Positions 1-8,625 of a stretch of 62,127 nucleotides of DNA are shown here, piece after piece (the first letter of the stretch is position 1; every line of letters begins with the position of its first letter). Source of the DNA: Thermoanaerobaculia bacterium. GTDB lineage: Bacteria > Acidobacteriota > Thermoanaerobaculia > Gp7-AA8. The notes below the pieces were generated by a model that worked only from the letters and a program-made list of their open reading frames with translations, searched no databases and was not told the DNA's origin. The stretch covers positions 1 through 62,127 of the forward strand of contig DASVSV010000208.1 of assembly GCA_036387915.1 (NCBI GenBank), given 5' to 3'. The position numbers were made by a program, and so were the translations under genes.

Positions 1-100
1 GGGCGGGTGACTTCCGGCGAGAGTCGTTCAGGCGAGAGCCGCGTTCGCACGGGAGGGGCGGGCTGAAGCCACGCCCTACGTTTGGCAAACGCTGCGCGTT

Positions 101-892
101 TTAAATCGCCTCGGCCAGCGTGTCGCGCAGGCGGTCGAAGACGAAGAAGCCGAGGGCCATCGAGCCGACGGCGTAGCAGACGATCAGCACTCCGTCGGAG
201 AGATTGGGCAGGCGGCCGAAGAAGAAGATGTCCTGGTAGGCGACGACGAAGGGCGTCATCGGGTTGATGCGCAGCAGCGCGCGCATCGGGCGTGACTGGA
301 TGTTGCTGATCAGGTAGATGATCGGCGTCATGAAGAAGCCGAGCTGGATGACGTTGGCCACGATGTCGCGCAGGTCGCGGAAGAGCACCGCCGCCGAGGA
401 CACGGTCATGGCAATGCCGGCGACGAACATCGTCTGCAGCAGCATCAGCACCGGCGCGAGCAGCAGCGTCGCGCTCACCGTGAACTTGCCCAGCAGCGCG
501 AACACCGCGATGGCGGTGAGCAGGATCGGGATGGCCAGCGCAAAGTGCACGAGGTGCGACAGCACGACCACCAGCGGCAGCGCCTCCGCCGGGAACATGA
601 CCTTCTTGATCAGACCCGCGTTCGCGGAGATCGACGTCGTCGACTCCAGCACCGCCGCGGCGAAAAACGTCCACGGCAGAATCCCGGAGAAGAGATAGAG
701 CGGATACGCGTCGCCGACCTGCTGCGGCAGGAACTTCGTGAACACCAGCGTGTAGACCGCGAGCAGCAGCAGCGGATTGGCGAGCGACCAGAAAAACCCG
801 AGGACCGAGCCGCGGTAGCGCGCCTTCAGGTCGCGGGCCGTGAGGGCGGCGATCAGCTGGCGGTGCCGGTAGAGGTTCCCGAGCTCACTCAA
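101..892 (-). CDS. ABC-2 type exporter permease (Wzm/TagG/KpsM-like)
   Basis: 263-aa ORF with multiple hydrophobic helices. The N-terminal LTARDLKARYRGSVLGFFWSLANPLL signature is typical of ABC-2 permeases. Its start overlaps the stop of the upstream FHA gene (889-892). Confidence 0.85.
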   Translation of the reverse strand: MSELGNLYRHRQLIAALTARDLKARYRGSVLGFFWSLANPLLLLAVYTLVFTKFLPQQVGDAYPLYLFSGILPWTFFAAAVLESTTSISANAGLIKKVMFPAEALPLVVVLSHLVHFALAIPILLTAIAVFALLGKFTVSATLLLAPVLMLLQTMFVAGIAMTVSSAAVLFRDLRDIVANVIQLGFFMTPIIYLISNIQSRPMRALLRINPMTPFVVAYQDIFFFGRLPNLSDGVLIVCYAVGSMALGFFVFDRLRDTLAEAI

Positions 893-1461
893 TGGTCTTC
901 CGTCACGATCAGCATGAGCGTCGTCGCACCGACCTGGAACTCCGACTTGTCCGCCAGCTCCACCTGTCCGCGGATCTTCTCGCCGTTGACCAGCGTGCCG
1001 TTCGTCGAGCCGAGGTCTTCGACGGTGTAGGCCAGGTCGCGGATCTCCACCGCCGCATGCTGCCGCGACGCCTCGGTGTCATTGAGGGTCAGGTCGGCGG
1101 AGGCGCGGCCGATCGTCACGCGCGGTCGGTCGATGCGAAACACCGTCCCGGCGTCGGGACCGTCGAGGATCGCCAGCGAAAGGCGCTTTCCCGTGGGGAG
1201 CTGCAGCGCGTCCGCCTGCGCGGTGCCCGGCTGCGGAAGCGGCGACTGTTCGGTCGACTCCTGTACGCGCGGCGTCTCGACTTTGCCGGCCATCGTGCGG
1301 TCGCCGGCTGCCACCGCCGGCGCGGCCGCCTGAAACGCGGGATTGTGGATCTCGAAGATCTGCTGGCAGCGCGCGCACTTGATCTTCTTCGACGGTTTTC
1401 GCTCGAAGCGCTCCTCGTCGTACTGGTACTTCGAATGACAACCCGGACACTCGATGATCAT
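889..1461 (-). CDS. MJ0042-type zinc-ribbon plus FHA domain protein
   Basis: N-terminus MIIECPGCHSKYQYDE...IKCARCQQIF has two CxxC pairs. The C-terminus RVTIGRASADLTLNDTEASRQHAAVEI...EDLGSTNGTLVNGEKI is a classic FHA signature. The start is placed at ATG 1461 (canonical MxIxCPxC N-terminus). ATG 1476 and the longest ORF start at 1575 are alternatives. Confidence 0.8.
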   Translation of the reverse strand: MIIECPGCHSKYQYDEERFERKPSKKIKCARCQQIFEIHNPAFQAAAPAVAAGDRTMAGKVETPRVQESTEQSPLPQPGTAQADALQLPTGKRLSLAILDGPDAGTVFRIDRPRVTIGRASADLTLNDTEASRQHAAVEIRDLAYTVEDLGSTNGTLVNGEKIRGQVELADKSEFQVGATTLMLIVTEDH

Positions 1462-1496
1462 GCGAAGCGCGATCATTGCATAGAATCGCGGCAGCC

Positions 1497-3206
1497 ATGA
1501 AGAAGCTCCTCGCCGTACTCGCGCTGTTGCCGCTCGCCTGTCAGACCAGCATGCAGACTGAGAACGAAACCGCATCCGCTCCTCCGCGCGGCAAGCTCGA
1601 AGTGCTTCCGGGCGTCGAGCTCCGCCTCCGCCAGTTGCCGCGAGTGGCCGTCGACTACGACCGCTCGCTGCTCGATGAAAACGAGCGCGCCGTCGTGGCC
1701 AGGCTGATCGAAGCGTCGAAGTTCATCGACGAGATCTATTGGCGGCAGGTCTCCGAGGACAATCCGCGGTACCGCCAGCAACTGGCCACGCAGGTCAACG
1801 ACTCCAACCGCGATCGGGCGGCGTACGAGTACTTCATCGCCAACAAAGGACGCTGGGATCGGCTGGCGCAGGACGAGCCGTTCGTCGAGCCGTTCGGCGC
1901 CGTGGGACACAAGCCAGAGGGCGCCGCCTTCTATCCCGCCGACCTGACCAAGGAAGAGATGGAGCGCTATATCGCCGCGCATCCGGAGCAGAAGGACGCG
2001 CTGCAGGGACTCTTCACGGTCGTGCGCCGTCAGGGCGACCGGCTGGTGACCATCCCCTACTCGGTGCACTATCGCGAGTATCTCGAGCCTGCCGCCGCGC
2101 GCCTGCGCGAGGCCGCCGCGCTGACCAACAACGCCTCGCTGCGCGATTACCTCACCAAGCTCGCGGACGCGTTCTTCCGCGACAACTATCGCGAGAGCGA
2201 CATCGCCTGGATGGACCTCAACGGGCCGCTGGAAATCGTCATCGGGCCGTACGAGGTCTACGAGGACGCGCTGTTCAACTACAAGGCCGCGTTCCAGTCG
2301 TTCATCAACGTCGTCGACCGCCCGGAGACGGAGAAGCTCGCCGTTTACGCGCAGCATCTGCCGGCCATGGAGCAGAACCTTCCCATCCCGAACGAGCACA
2401 AGAACCCGAACCGCGGCACGGAGTCGCCGATCCGCGTGGTGCAGGAGATCTTCACCGCCGGCGACGCGCGCCGCGGCGTGCAGACCGCCGCCTTCAACCT
2501 GCCGAACGACGAATGGGTGCGCGAGAACAAGGGCTCGAAGAAGGTCCTGCTCAAGAACGTGATGGACGCGAAGTACCGCATGAGCGGCGCGCCGATCGCC
2601 AACCGCGTGCTCGACCCGTCGCAGCGCAATCTGCTCAACTTCGACGCGTACTTTAATTTCGTGCTCTTTCACGAGCTGTCGCACGGCCTCGGACCGGGAC
2701 TGATCGTCCCCCCGGGCGGCGGCGAGCGCACCGACGTGCGCTTCCTGCTGAAGGAAACGTACTCCGCGATCGAGGAGTGCAAGGCCGACGTCCTCGGCGT
2801 CTGGAACATCCTCTACGCGATGGACCAGGGCCTGCTGCGCCTCTTCACCGAGGAGCAGCTCTACGCCACCTACGCCGGCCTGCACTTCCGCTCGATGCGC
2901 TTCGGCATCGACGAGGCGCACGGACGCGGCACGGCCGTGCAGTGGAACTGGCTGCGCGAGAACGGCGCGATCGTGCCCAACGCCGACGGCACGTTCCGCG
3001 TCGACTTTGCGAAGTCGCGCGAGGGCGTGAAGTCGCTGGCCACCGAGCTGCTGATGATCGAGGCCACCGGCGACTACGCGCGGGCGCAGCGCTTGCTCAC
3101 AAAGTACGGCGTGTCGACGCCCGAGATCGCAGCGGTCACCGCGCGCCTGAAGGACATCCCCGTCGACATCACGCCGTTCTTCCCTGCGGCGGGTGAGACG
3201 GAGTAA
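1497..3206 (+). CDS. Lipoprotein zinc metallopeptidase, dipeptidyl-peptidase III (M49)-like
   Basis: MKKLLAVLALLPLAC is a lipobox. HELSHGLG (HExxH) followed by EECKADVLG matches the two M49/DPP3-type zinc motifs. The ORF-track start at 1476 is a TTG, so ATG 1497 is preferred. Confidence 0.7.
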   Translation: MKKLLAVLALLPLACQTSMQTENETASAPPRGKLEVLPGVELRLRQLPRVAVDYDRSLLDENERAVVARLIEASKFIDEIYWRQVSEDNPRYRQQLATQVNDSNRDRAAYEYFIANKGRWDRLAQDEPFVEPFGAVGHKPEGAAFYPADLTKEEMERYIAAHPEQKDALQGLFTVVRRQGDRLVTIPYSVHYREYLEPAAARLREAAALTNNASLRDYLTKLADAFFRDNYRESDIAWMDLNGPLEIVIGPYEVYEDALFNYKAAFQSFINVVDRPETEKLAVYAQHLPAMEQNLPIPNEHKNPNRGTESPIRVVQEIFTAGDARRGVQTAAFNLPNDEWVRENKGSKKVLLKNVMDAKYRMSGAPIANRVLDPSQRNLLNFDAYFNFVLFHELSHGLGPGLIVPPGGGERTDVRFLLKETYSAIEECKADVLGVWNILYAMDQGLLRLFTEEQLYATYAGLHFRSMRFGIDEAHGRGTAVQWNWLRENGAIVPNADGTFRVDFAKSREGVKSLATELLMIEATGDYARAQRLLTKYGVSTPEIAAVTARLKDIPVDITPFFPAAGETE

Positions 3207-3211
3207 CGATC

Positions 3212-3454
3212 ATGGAAGGACGTGTCCTCCTCAAATGCGGCGAGTGTGACCTGACCCGGGAGATCGCCGGCGAGATCCCCGACGAATTCACGCGCTCTTT
3301 CGACGAAGCCGTCCACCAGGACGGCTGGGTCCCCCGCCCCGGCGCCAACACCGCCTCCCTCATCTGCCGCGACTGCCTGGTCAAATACGCCGGCCACGAG
3401 ACGGTCGACGACGAGGAGAAGGTGCAGGGGCGCAAGAACCCGATGGAGCCGTGA
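3212..3454 (+). CDS. Small hypothetical protein with two Cys pairs (possible zinc ribbon)
   Basis: 80-aa ORF starting 5 nt after the peptidase stop. It has strong G/C third-position bias and the pairs CGEC...CRDC. Confidence 0.5.
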   Translation: MEGRVLLKCGECDLTREIAGEIPDEFTRSFDEAVHQDGWVPRPGANTASLICRDCLVKYAGHETVDDEEKVQGRKNPMEP

Positions 3455-3575
3455 GCTTTAGTCCATCCTGAGCGAAGCGAAGGATCAACGGAGCCCTCAC
3501 GAGAAACGTCCGATGCACGCTTCAGGTGAGGGCTCCATTGACCCTTCGGCGCGATGCGCCTCAGGGTGAACTGCT

Positions 3576-5474
3576 CTACGCCAGCTTCCGGATCGCCTCT
3601 TCCACCTGTTCCGCGGTCGGCACCACCGGCTGTACGAGGTCGCCTTCCAGCCACTCGTACTCGCCCTTCATCATCTTCTGCACGACCTTGTAGGCCAGCT
3701 CGTCGTGGTTGTCGAAGAGGGTGCGGAAGTTCTGGTCGATGCGGATGCGGGATTCGCGGCAGAAGAGGTCGGCCAGCTCGAGTGCGTTCTTGTTGCCCTG
3801 CTTGGCCAGCATCAGCGCGTAGCTGATCGTGGCCGACATGGCGAAGAGGTCGGTGCCGATGTCGACGATGCGGAAGAGCACCATCTGCTTGCGCTCCAGC
3901 TTCGCCTGGAAGCGCATCATCGCGTGGAAGATCGAGCGCGCCACGTGGCGTGACTGGCGCTCGACGTAGCCCATGTGCGTGCCGAGGCGGCCCAGGTCGC
4001 CGTGTTTCGGGAAGCGGCTCCAGCCGAGGTACTTGCTCGGGTACCAGGTCGAGTAGAAGGCGCCCGCCTTCGCCGCGGCGGAGAACTTCTCGCCGGTCGG
4101 CGTGTCGGGGAGCAGGATCTTGTAGCCGCGCTTCATGTGCGGGTCGACGGCCTCGCGGGCGATGAAGAGATGCTGGATCTCGCTGGTGCCCTCGAAGATG
4201 CGGTTGATGCGCATGTCGCGCATGATCCGCTCCACCGGATACGCCTTCTCGCCGCGCGCCTTGAGCGACGTGGCCGTCTCGAATCCGCGTCCGCCGCGGA
4301 TCTGCACGAGATGGTCGACGCACTGCCAAGCCACTTCGGTATTGAAGAGCTTGGCCATGGCCGCTTCGAGTCGGAGATCGACGTCGCCGCGATCCGCCAG
4401 TCCCGAGGTCAGCCAGACGATCGCTTCCATCGCCAATGTATGGGAGGCCATCCATGCCAGCTTCGACGCAACCGCCTCGTGCTTGCCGATCGGGAGACCC
4501 CACTGCACGCGCTCGTTCACCCAGTCGCGGGCGATCTCGAGCATGCGGCGCGCGCCGGCGGCGCAGCCGGCGGGAATGGTCAGGCGGCCGGTGTTCAGCG
4601 TGATCAGCGCGAGCTTGAGGCCGAGGCCTTCACCCCAGAGCAGGTTCTCTTTCGGGATGAAGACGTCGTTGAACTTGATCAGGACGTTGCCGATGCCGCG
4701 CAGTCCCATGAACTGGCAGCGGTGCGAGATGTCGACGCCCGGCGTGTCCATGTCCAGGATGAAGGCCGAGATCTGTTTCTTCTCTTTTCCCTTCACGACT
4801 TTCGGCGGCGTCTGGGCCATGACCACGATGACCTCGGCCTTGAGACCGTTCGTGCACCACAGCTTCTCGCCGTTGAGGATCCAGCCCTTGCCGTCCGGCG
4901 ACGGCGTGGCGCGCGTCTCCATCTTGGCCGGATCGGAGCCGACGCCCGGCTCGGTGAGCGCGAACGCGGAGATCGCGCCGTTGGCGAGGCGGGGCAGATA
5001 CTTCTTCTTCTGCTCCTCCGTGCCGAACAGCTTGAGCGGCTGCGGGACACCGATGGACTGGTGCGCGGAAAGCCAGGCCACGCTCGAGCCGCACCACGTG
5101 GCCACGAGGCCGATGGCGCGGTTGTAGTTCGTGGCGCTGAAGCCGAGGCCGCCGTACTCCTTGGGGATCTTCATCCCCCAGGCGCCGAGCTCGTTGAAGC
5201 CCTTGAAGAGCTCGTAGTCGTACTCCCCTTTGAGGTCGATCTCATCCGCGTCGACGTTCTCGGCGAGGAACCGCTCCATCTTCTTCAGGAACTCGTCGGC
5301 CTCGGCCTTGTCGGCGGCGGGCTGCTCCGGGAAAGGATGGATCAGGTCGAAATTGACTTTGCCGAGGAAGAGGTCCCCGACGAATGAGGGCTTCTCCCAC
5401 TCGGTCTCGCGCGAGGCCTCCGCGACCTCCATCGCCTCGACGGCGCCCTGTGTCTTGACTTCCGCCATGTGCAA
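3576..5474 (-). CDS. Long-form acyl-CoA dehydrogenase (FadE / ACAD with C-terminal extension)
   Basis: 632 aa. Motifs LTEPGVGSDPA, KLWCTNG and IFEGTSEIQ are typical of ACAD N, middle and C domains. There is an extra C-terminal helical domain of about 200 aa. Confidence 0.9.
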   Translation of the reverse strand: MHMAEVKTQGAVEAMEVAEASRETEWEKPSFVGDLFLGKVNFDLIHPFPEQPAADKAEADEFLKKMERFLAENVDADEIDLKGEYDYELFKGFNELGAWGMKIPKEYGGLGFSATNYNRAIGLVATWCGSSVAWLSAHQSIGVPQPLKLFGTEEQKKKYLPRLANGAISAFALTEPGVGSDPAKMETRATPSPDGKGWILNGEKLWCTNGLKAEVIVVMAQTPPKVVKGKEKKQISAFILDMDTPGVDISHRCQFMGLRGIGNVLIKFNDVFIPKENLLWGEGLGLKLALITLNTGRLTIPAGCAAGARRMLEIARDWVNERVQWGLPIGKHEAVASKLAWMASHTLAMEAIVWLTSGLADRGDVDLRLEAAMAKLFNTEVAWQCVDHLVQIRGGRGFETATSLKARGEKAYPVERIMRDMRINRIFEGTSEIQHLFIAREAVDPHMKRGYKILLPDTPTGEKFSAAAKAGAFYSTWYPSKYLGWSRFPKHGDLGRLGTHMGYVERQSRHVARSIFHAMMRFQAKLERKQMVLFRIVDIGTDLFAMSATISYALMLAKQGNKNALELADLFCRESRIRIDQNFRTLFDNHDELAYKVVQKMMKGEYEWLEGDLVQPVVPTAEQVEEAIRKLA

Positions 5475-5636
5475 CTCCTTTTGGGTCGGCCTTACAGAAT
5501 TCGTACCGCCCGGCTTTCAGTGCGGGCGCAGTATGAATGAACGGCCATTCAGCCGTCAATTTGCAGGACCGGGGCCAGTGGCGGGAGTGTTCAGGGCACC
5601 GCTCGCGGCGGCGTCAGCCGACTTGGACGGGAGTGA

Positions 5637-7586
5637 TCACTTCAGGTCGAACGTCTCGATGATGTGCGGCTTGTAGCCGTCCTCCTTGTTGAATTTCGCG
5701 GATTGGAACCAGGGGACGCCGTGCTGGTCGGGGCCGGGTGCCTGGAACTTCCAGTCCGTGGCCACCCGGCGCAGTCCGATCGCGTAGACGCGCAGCGTTC
5801 CGTCGGGGTTGAGGCGCATGCGCAGGATGTTTTTGTAGCCCTCGATGGACATCGACGAGAACAACTCCCCTTCGTGCACGCCGGTGAAGCGGGCCATGAA
5901 AAACAGGTACGTGGCGAAGAGCCAGGCGCCAAAGAACCAGCCGAGGAGGAAGAGGGTGACGATCAGGGCGACGTTGAACCAGATGTTGCCCGGTTCAAGG
6001 TCGAGTTTCCCGAGCCCCTGCGTGACCCACGAGACGAGCGTGCAGCAGAGCACGACGTGCGCGAGGCCGTGCAGCCAGCCGAGATGCTTCGCGATCGGCT
6101 GATGCCCTTCCGCGGAGCTGGAAGTGAACTTTGCCAGTCCGTAAACGATGAGGAGCCCGAGCGCCGCGCTCAAGGGACTGAAGAGGAACGCCCTGCCGAA
6201 TCCGCCGAAATGCGCGCGGATCGGATTGGCCAGCACGTAATCGAGCAGCGATCCCTGGCCGAACACACCGACACCGCGGCTCCCCGTCTGCAGCAGCCAC
6301 GCGAACAGCACATAGATCACCGCCAGTAGCGCACTGAAGGATTTGTTGCGGAACGGCATCCACCAGACGTCGTCCGCGAACTCGCGGGACTCGCGCGTGT
6401 TCGGAAAGGCCTTCACCTTCTTGTAGAGGTTCATCGGCTCCTGCGCCGCCACCGTTTCGCGCGCGCCTTCGCGAACCGTGATCGCCGGCGGCATCTGCTC
6501 GGTGCCGAGGAGGAATGCGCCGCCGCCGCCGGCCGTGATGCGGACCGTGTGCTCCGCCATTTTTTCCGCCGACTCGTAGCGCACGTAATGATGCAGGTCG
6601 CCGGAGAGGACGAGCTTCAACTGCAGGCCTTTCGCGCGGATGTAGGTCTTCTCGAAATGTGCGAGGGTGTTGAACGCCTCCGGCTTGGTGCGGCAGGTGC
6701 GCGGCGAGTCGCTGCCGGTGCAGTTCACCCAGCTCGGCTCCGCGGTGATGAGGATGATCTTGTGCCTGGCCGCCTCGGCGGGGTCGGTGCCGCGCGGCGC
6801 CAGCTTCTCCCCCAATTCGTGAAAGTAGGTCAGCTGCGGGAGGTCCATGTCGGACTCGAGCTGGCTGTCGATGGCCCAGATCCACCAGTCGTTGGGGAGC
6901 TTGATGGCGAAGTAGCTGCGGCGCTGGCGGGTGCGCCAGCCGCCGACCCAGCGGCCGTTGCGTTCGCCCGTTCCGTCGCCCTTCGGCTTGCGCTGGCAGA
7001 AGATGCGGAGAAAGCTGGTCAGGCCGTCGTACCAGTCGTGATTGCCGGGCAGCGCGAACATGGCCGGCGCGAATTTTCCGGCGGTCTCGTTGTGCTGGAC
7101 GTACGGCAGCGCGGCGCGATACGGACCGATGAAACGGTGCTGGTATTCGTCGCGCGCGGCGGTGGGATAGACCTGGTCGCCGCCGAGGACGACGAAGTCG
7201 CCGCGCTTGGTCTGGTGGTTCTCTTCGCCGAATTGCAGCGAGAGATCCATGGCCAGCAGCCGGGCCACGGAGTAGGTCGAGTTGAAACCGTCGCCGAGGT
7301 CGGCCGTGTAGTCGAACCAGATCGGTTGTCCGTCGCGGAATTCGAACTCGTGGTCTTCGCCGTGCGCGTCGGCCAGGGCGGCCTGCAGCTCGCGCTTGTC
7401 GGCGTAGGACCCGAACGTCGCCGCGATGGCGGCCTTGATGCCGGACCGCGCCAGCTGCGCCGGCGCGAGCCAGTCCACCATCGGCTGCGGCTTGAAATCA
7501 ACGCTCGCCAGCGTGTCGCTGGCCGGATGCGGACAGGCGGATGAGTGCGGAACGGTCTCCGCGCCCGGGATCGGGATGGCAGCCAT
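5637..7586 (-). CDS. Membrane-anchored calcineurin-like metallophosphoesterase
   Basis: GDQVYP, GNHDWYDG and SGDLHHY metallophosphoesterase motifs are followed by several hydrophobic helices and a C-terminal domain of about 90 aa. The start is uncertain: ATG 7586 is chosen, and the longest ORF begins at 7664. Confidence 0.78.
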   Translation of the reverse strand: MAAIPIPGAETVPHSSACPHPASDTLASVDFKPQPMVDWLAPAQLARSGIKAAIAATFGSYADKRELQAALADAHGEDHEFEFRDGQPIWFDYTADLGDGFNSTYSVARLLAMDLSLQFGEENHQTKRGDFVVLGGDQVYPTAARDEYQHRFIGPYRAALPYVQHNETAGKFAPAMFALPGNHDWYDGLTSFLRIFCQRKPKGDGTGERNGRWVGGWRTRQRRSYFAIKLPNDWWIWAIDSQLESDMDLPQLTYFHELGEKLAPRGTDPAEAARHKIILITAEPSWVNCTGSDSPRTCRTKPEAFNTLAHFEKTYIRAKGLQLKLVLSGDLHHYVRYESAEKMAEHTVRITAGGGGAFLLGTEQMPPAITVREGARETVAAQEPMNLYKKVKAFPNTRESREFADDVWWMPFRNKSFSALLAVIYVLFAWLLQTGSRGVGVFGQGSLLDYVLANPIRAHFGGFGRAFLFSPLSAALGLLIVYGLAKFTSSSAEGHQPIAKHLGWLHGLAHVVLCCTLVSWVTQGLGKLDLEPGNIWFNVALIVTLFLLGWFFGAWLFATYLFFMARFTGVHEGELFSSMSIEGYKNILRMRLNPDGTLRVYAIGLRRVATDWKFQAPGPDQHGVPWFQSAKFNKEDGYKPHIIETFDLK

Positions 7587-7716
7587 GGTTTCTCCTCGCG
7601 ACAGGACTCGGTGGACGGGACAGTGTTTTGACGGTGTCTGCCATGGGAGAGGCGCAAGGGGCACGTTTCCCTACCCGGACGGAGCGTGGGCGGCCGGTTT
7701 CGAATAAGCTCCCCCC

Positions 7717-8394
7717 ATGAAGCAGCCCACCGACCTGACCGTGGCTTCCCCCGAGCTCGACGCCGTCCTGGACGACACCGGCGTGCTGACCAATCCGCGG
7801 CCGGAGATCGACCGCGCGCAGTTGCAGCATCACCTGCGCGAGGCGCTGCGGCTGTTGCACGTCGACCTGGAGAACGAGAACGTGCTGGACACGCCGCGGC
7901 GGTGGGCGGAGTCGCTGATCCGGATGACCAGCGGCTACGACTACACGGACGTCAAGAAGTTGACCACCCTGTTCCGCAAGGCCTGCTCGCGCGCGGACGA
8001 GAACTGTCAGAACCTGGTGGTCATCGGCGGCACGTACAAGACGCTCTGCGCGCACCACATCCTCCCCTTTTACGGACGGTTCATCGTCGGCTACATCCCG
8101 GAGCGGATGATCATCGGCGCGTCGAAGATCCCGCGCATCGTGGAGGTGCACATGCGCCGGCTGCAGTCGCAGGAGCATCTCGCGCACGACGTCGCCGACA
8201 CGATCGAGAAGATCCTCGACCCGCGTGGCATCGCGGTCTGGATGGGCGGCGTGCATCTCTGCATGGTCATGCGGGGCGTGGAGCAGGAGTCGTCGTTCAT
8301 GGAGACGAACGTGCTCCGCGGCGCTTTCCTCAACGACGAGCGCACGCGCCAGGAGTTCATGTCCATCGTCAACCGCCGCGGCTCGCGGGATTAG
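7717..8394 (+). CDS. folE: GTP cyclohydrolase I
   Basis: LCAHHILPFYG...ASKIPRIVE...QSQEHL...GGVHLCMVMRGV are canonical FolE motifs. Confidence 0.92.
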   Translation: MKQPTDLTVASPELDAVLDDTGVLTNPRPEIDRAQLQHHLREALRLLHVDLENENVLDTPRRWAESLIRMTSGYDYTDVKKLTTLFRKACSRADENCQNLVVIGGTYKTLCAHHILPFYGRFIVGYIPERMIIGASKIPRIVEVHMRRLQSQEHLAHDVADTIEKILDPRGIAVWMGGVHLCMVMRGVEQESSFMETNVLRGAFLNDERTRQEFMSIVNRRGSRD

Positions 8395-8407
8395 CGCGGT
8401 CGCGGGA

Positions 8408-8571
8408 GAGGGACCGACGGGAGGCCTCCGGCGGGCGGGTACGACCGGCAGCGCTTGTTGGCCCAGCCTGATCGCACGCCCTATCTACGAAACACGTGTT
8501 TTGCGCGAAGACTGGTCCTACTAAGCGCTGCCGGTCGTACCGGCCCGCCGGAGGCCCCTTGTCGTTCCCTC
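8408..8571. repeat. Large imperfect inverted repeat (49-nt arms, 66-nt spacer) between folE and the SpoIIE-phosphatase gene
   Basis: The arm at 8408-8456 matches the reverse complement of 8523-8571 at 44 of 49 positions (hand alignment). The spacer contains the perfect 12-bp palindrome AAACACGTGTTT at 8490-8501. Confidence 0.75.
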
Positions 8572-8625
8572 CCCGCGCACCACGCCAAAACCCCCGACCC
8601 GCCGCGCCGTACACTTGTGCGGCCC

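Noticed and set aside
82-267. A 61-aa plus-strand ORF (Arg-rich) at the left edge.
   Set aside because: It lies antisense inside the ABC-2 permease gene, and its RRRR-rich composition is typical of a GC-rich off-frame.
1473-2921. A 482-aa minus-strand ORF, plus other alternative-frame ORFs over the peptidase, ACAD, phosphatase, eno, polA and selB genes (for example 8496-11495, 8521-10281, 13857-15116, 60121-62082, 56302-57225).
   Set aside because: Each overlaps a gene with unambiguous family motifs on the other strand or frame. Their compositions are typical of high-GC off-frame translation.
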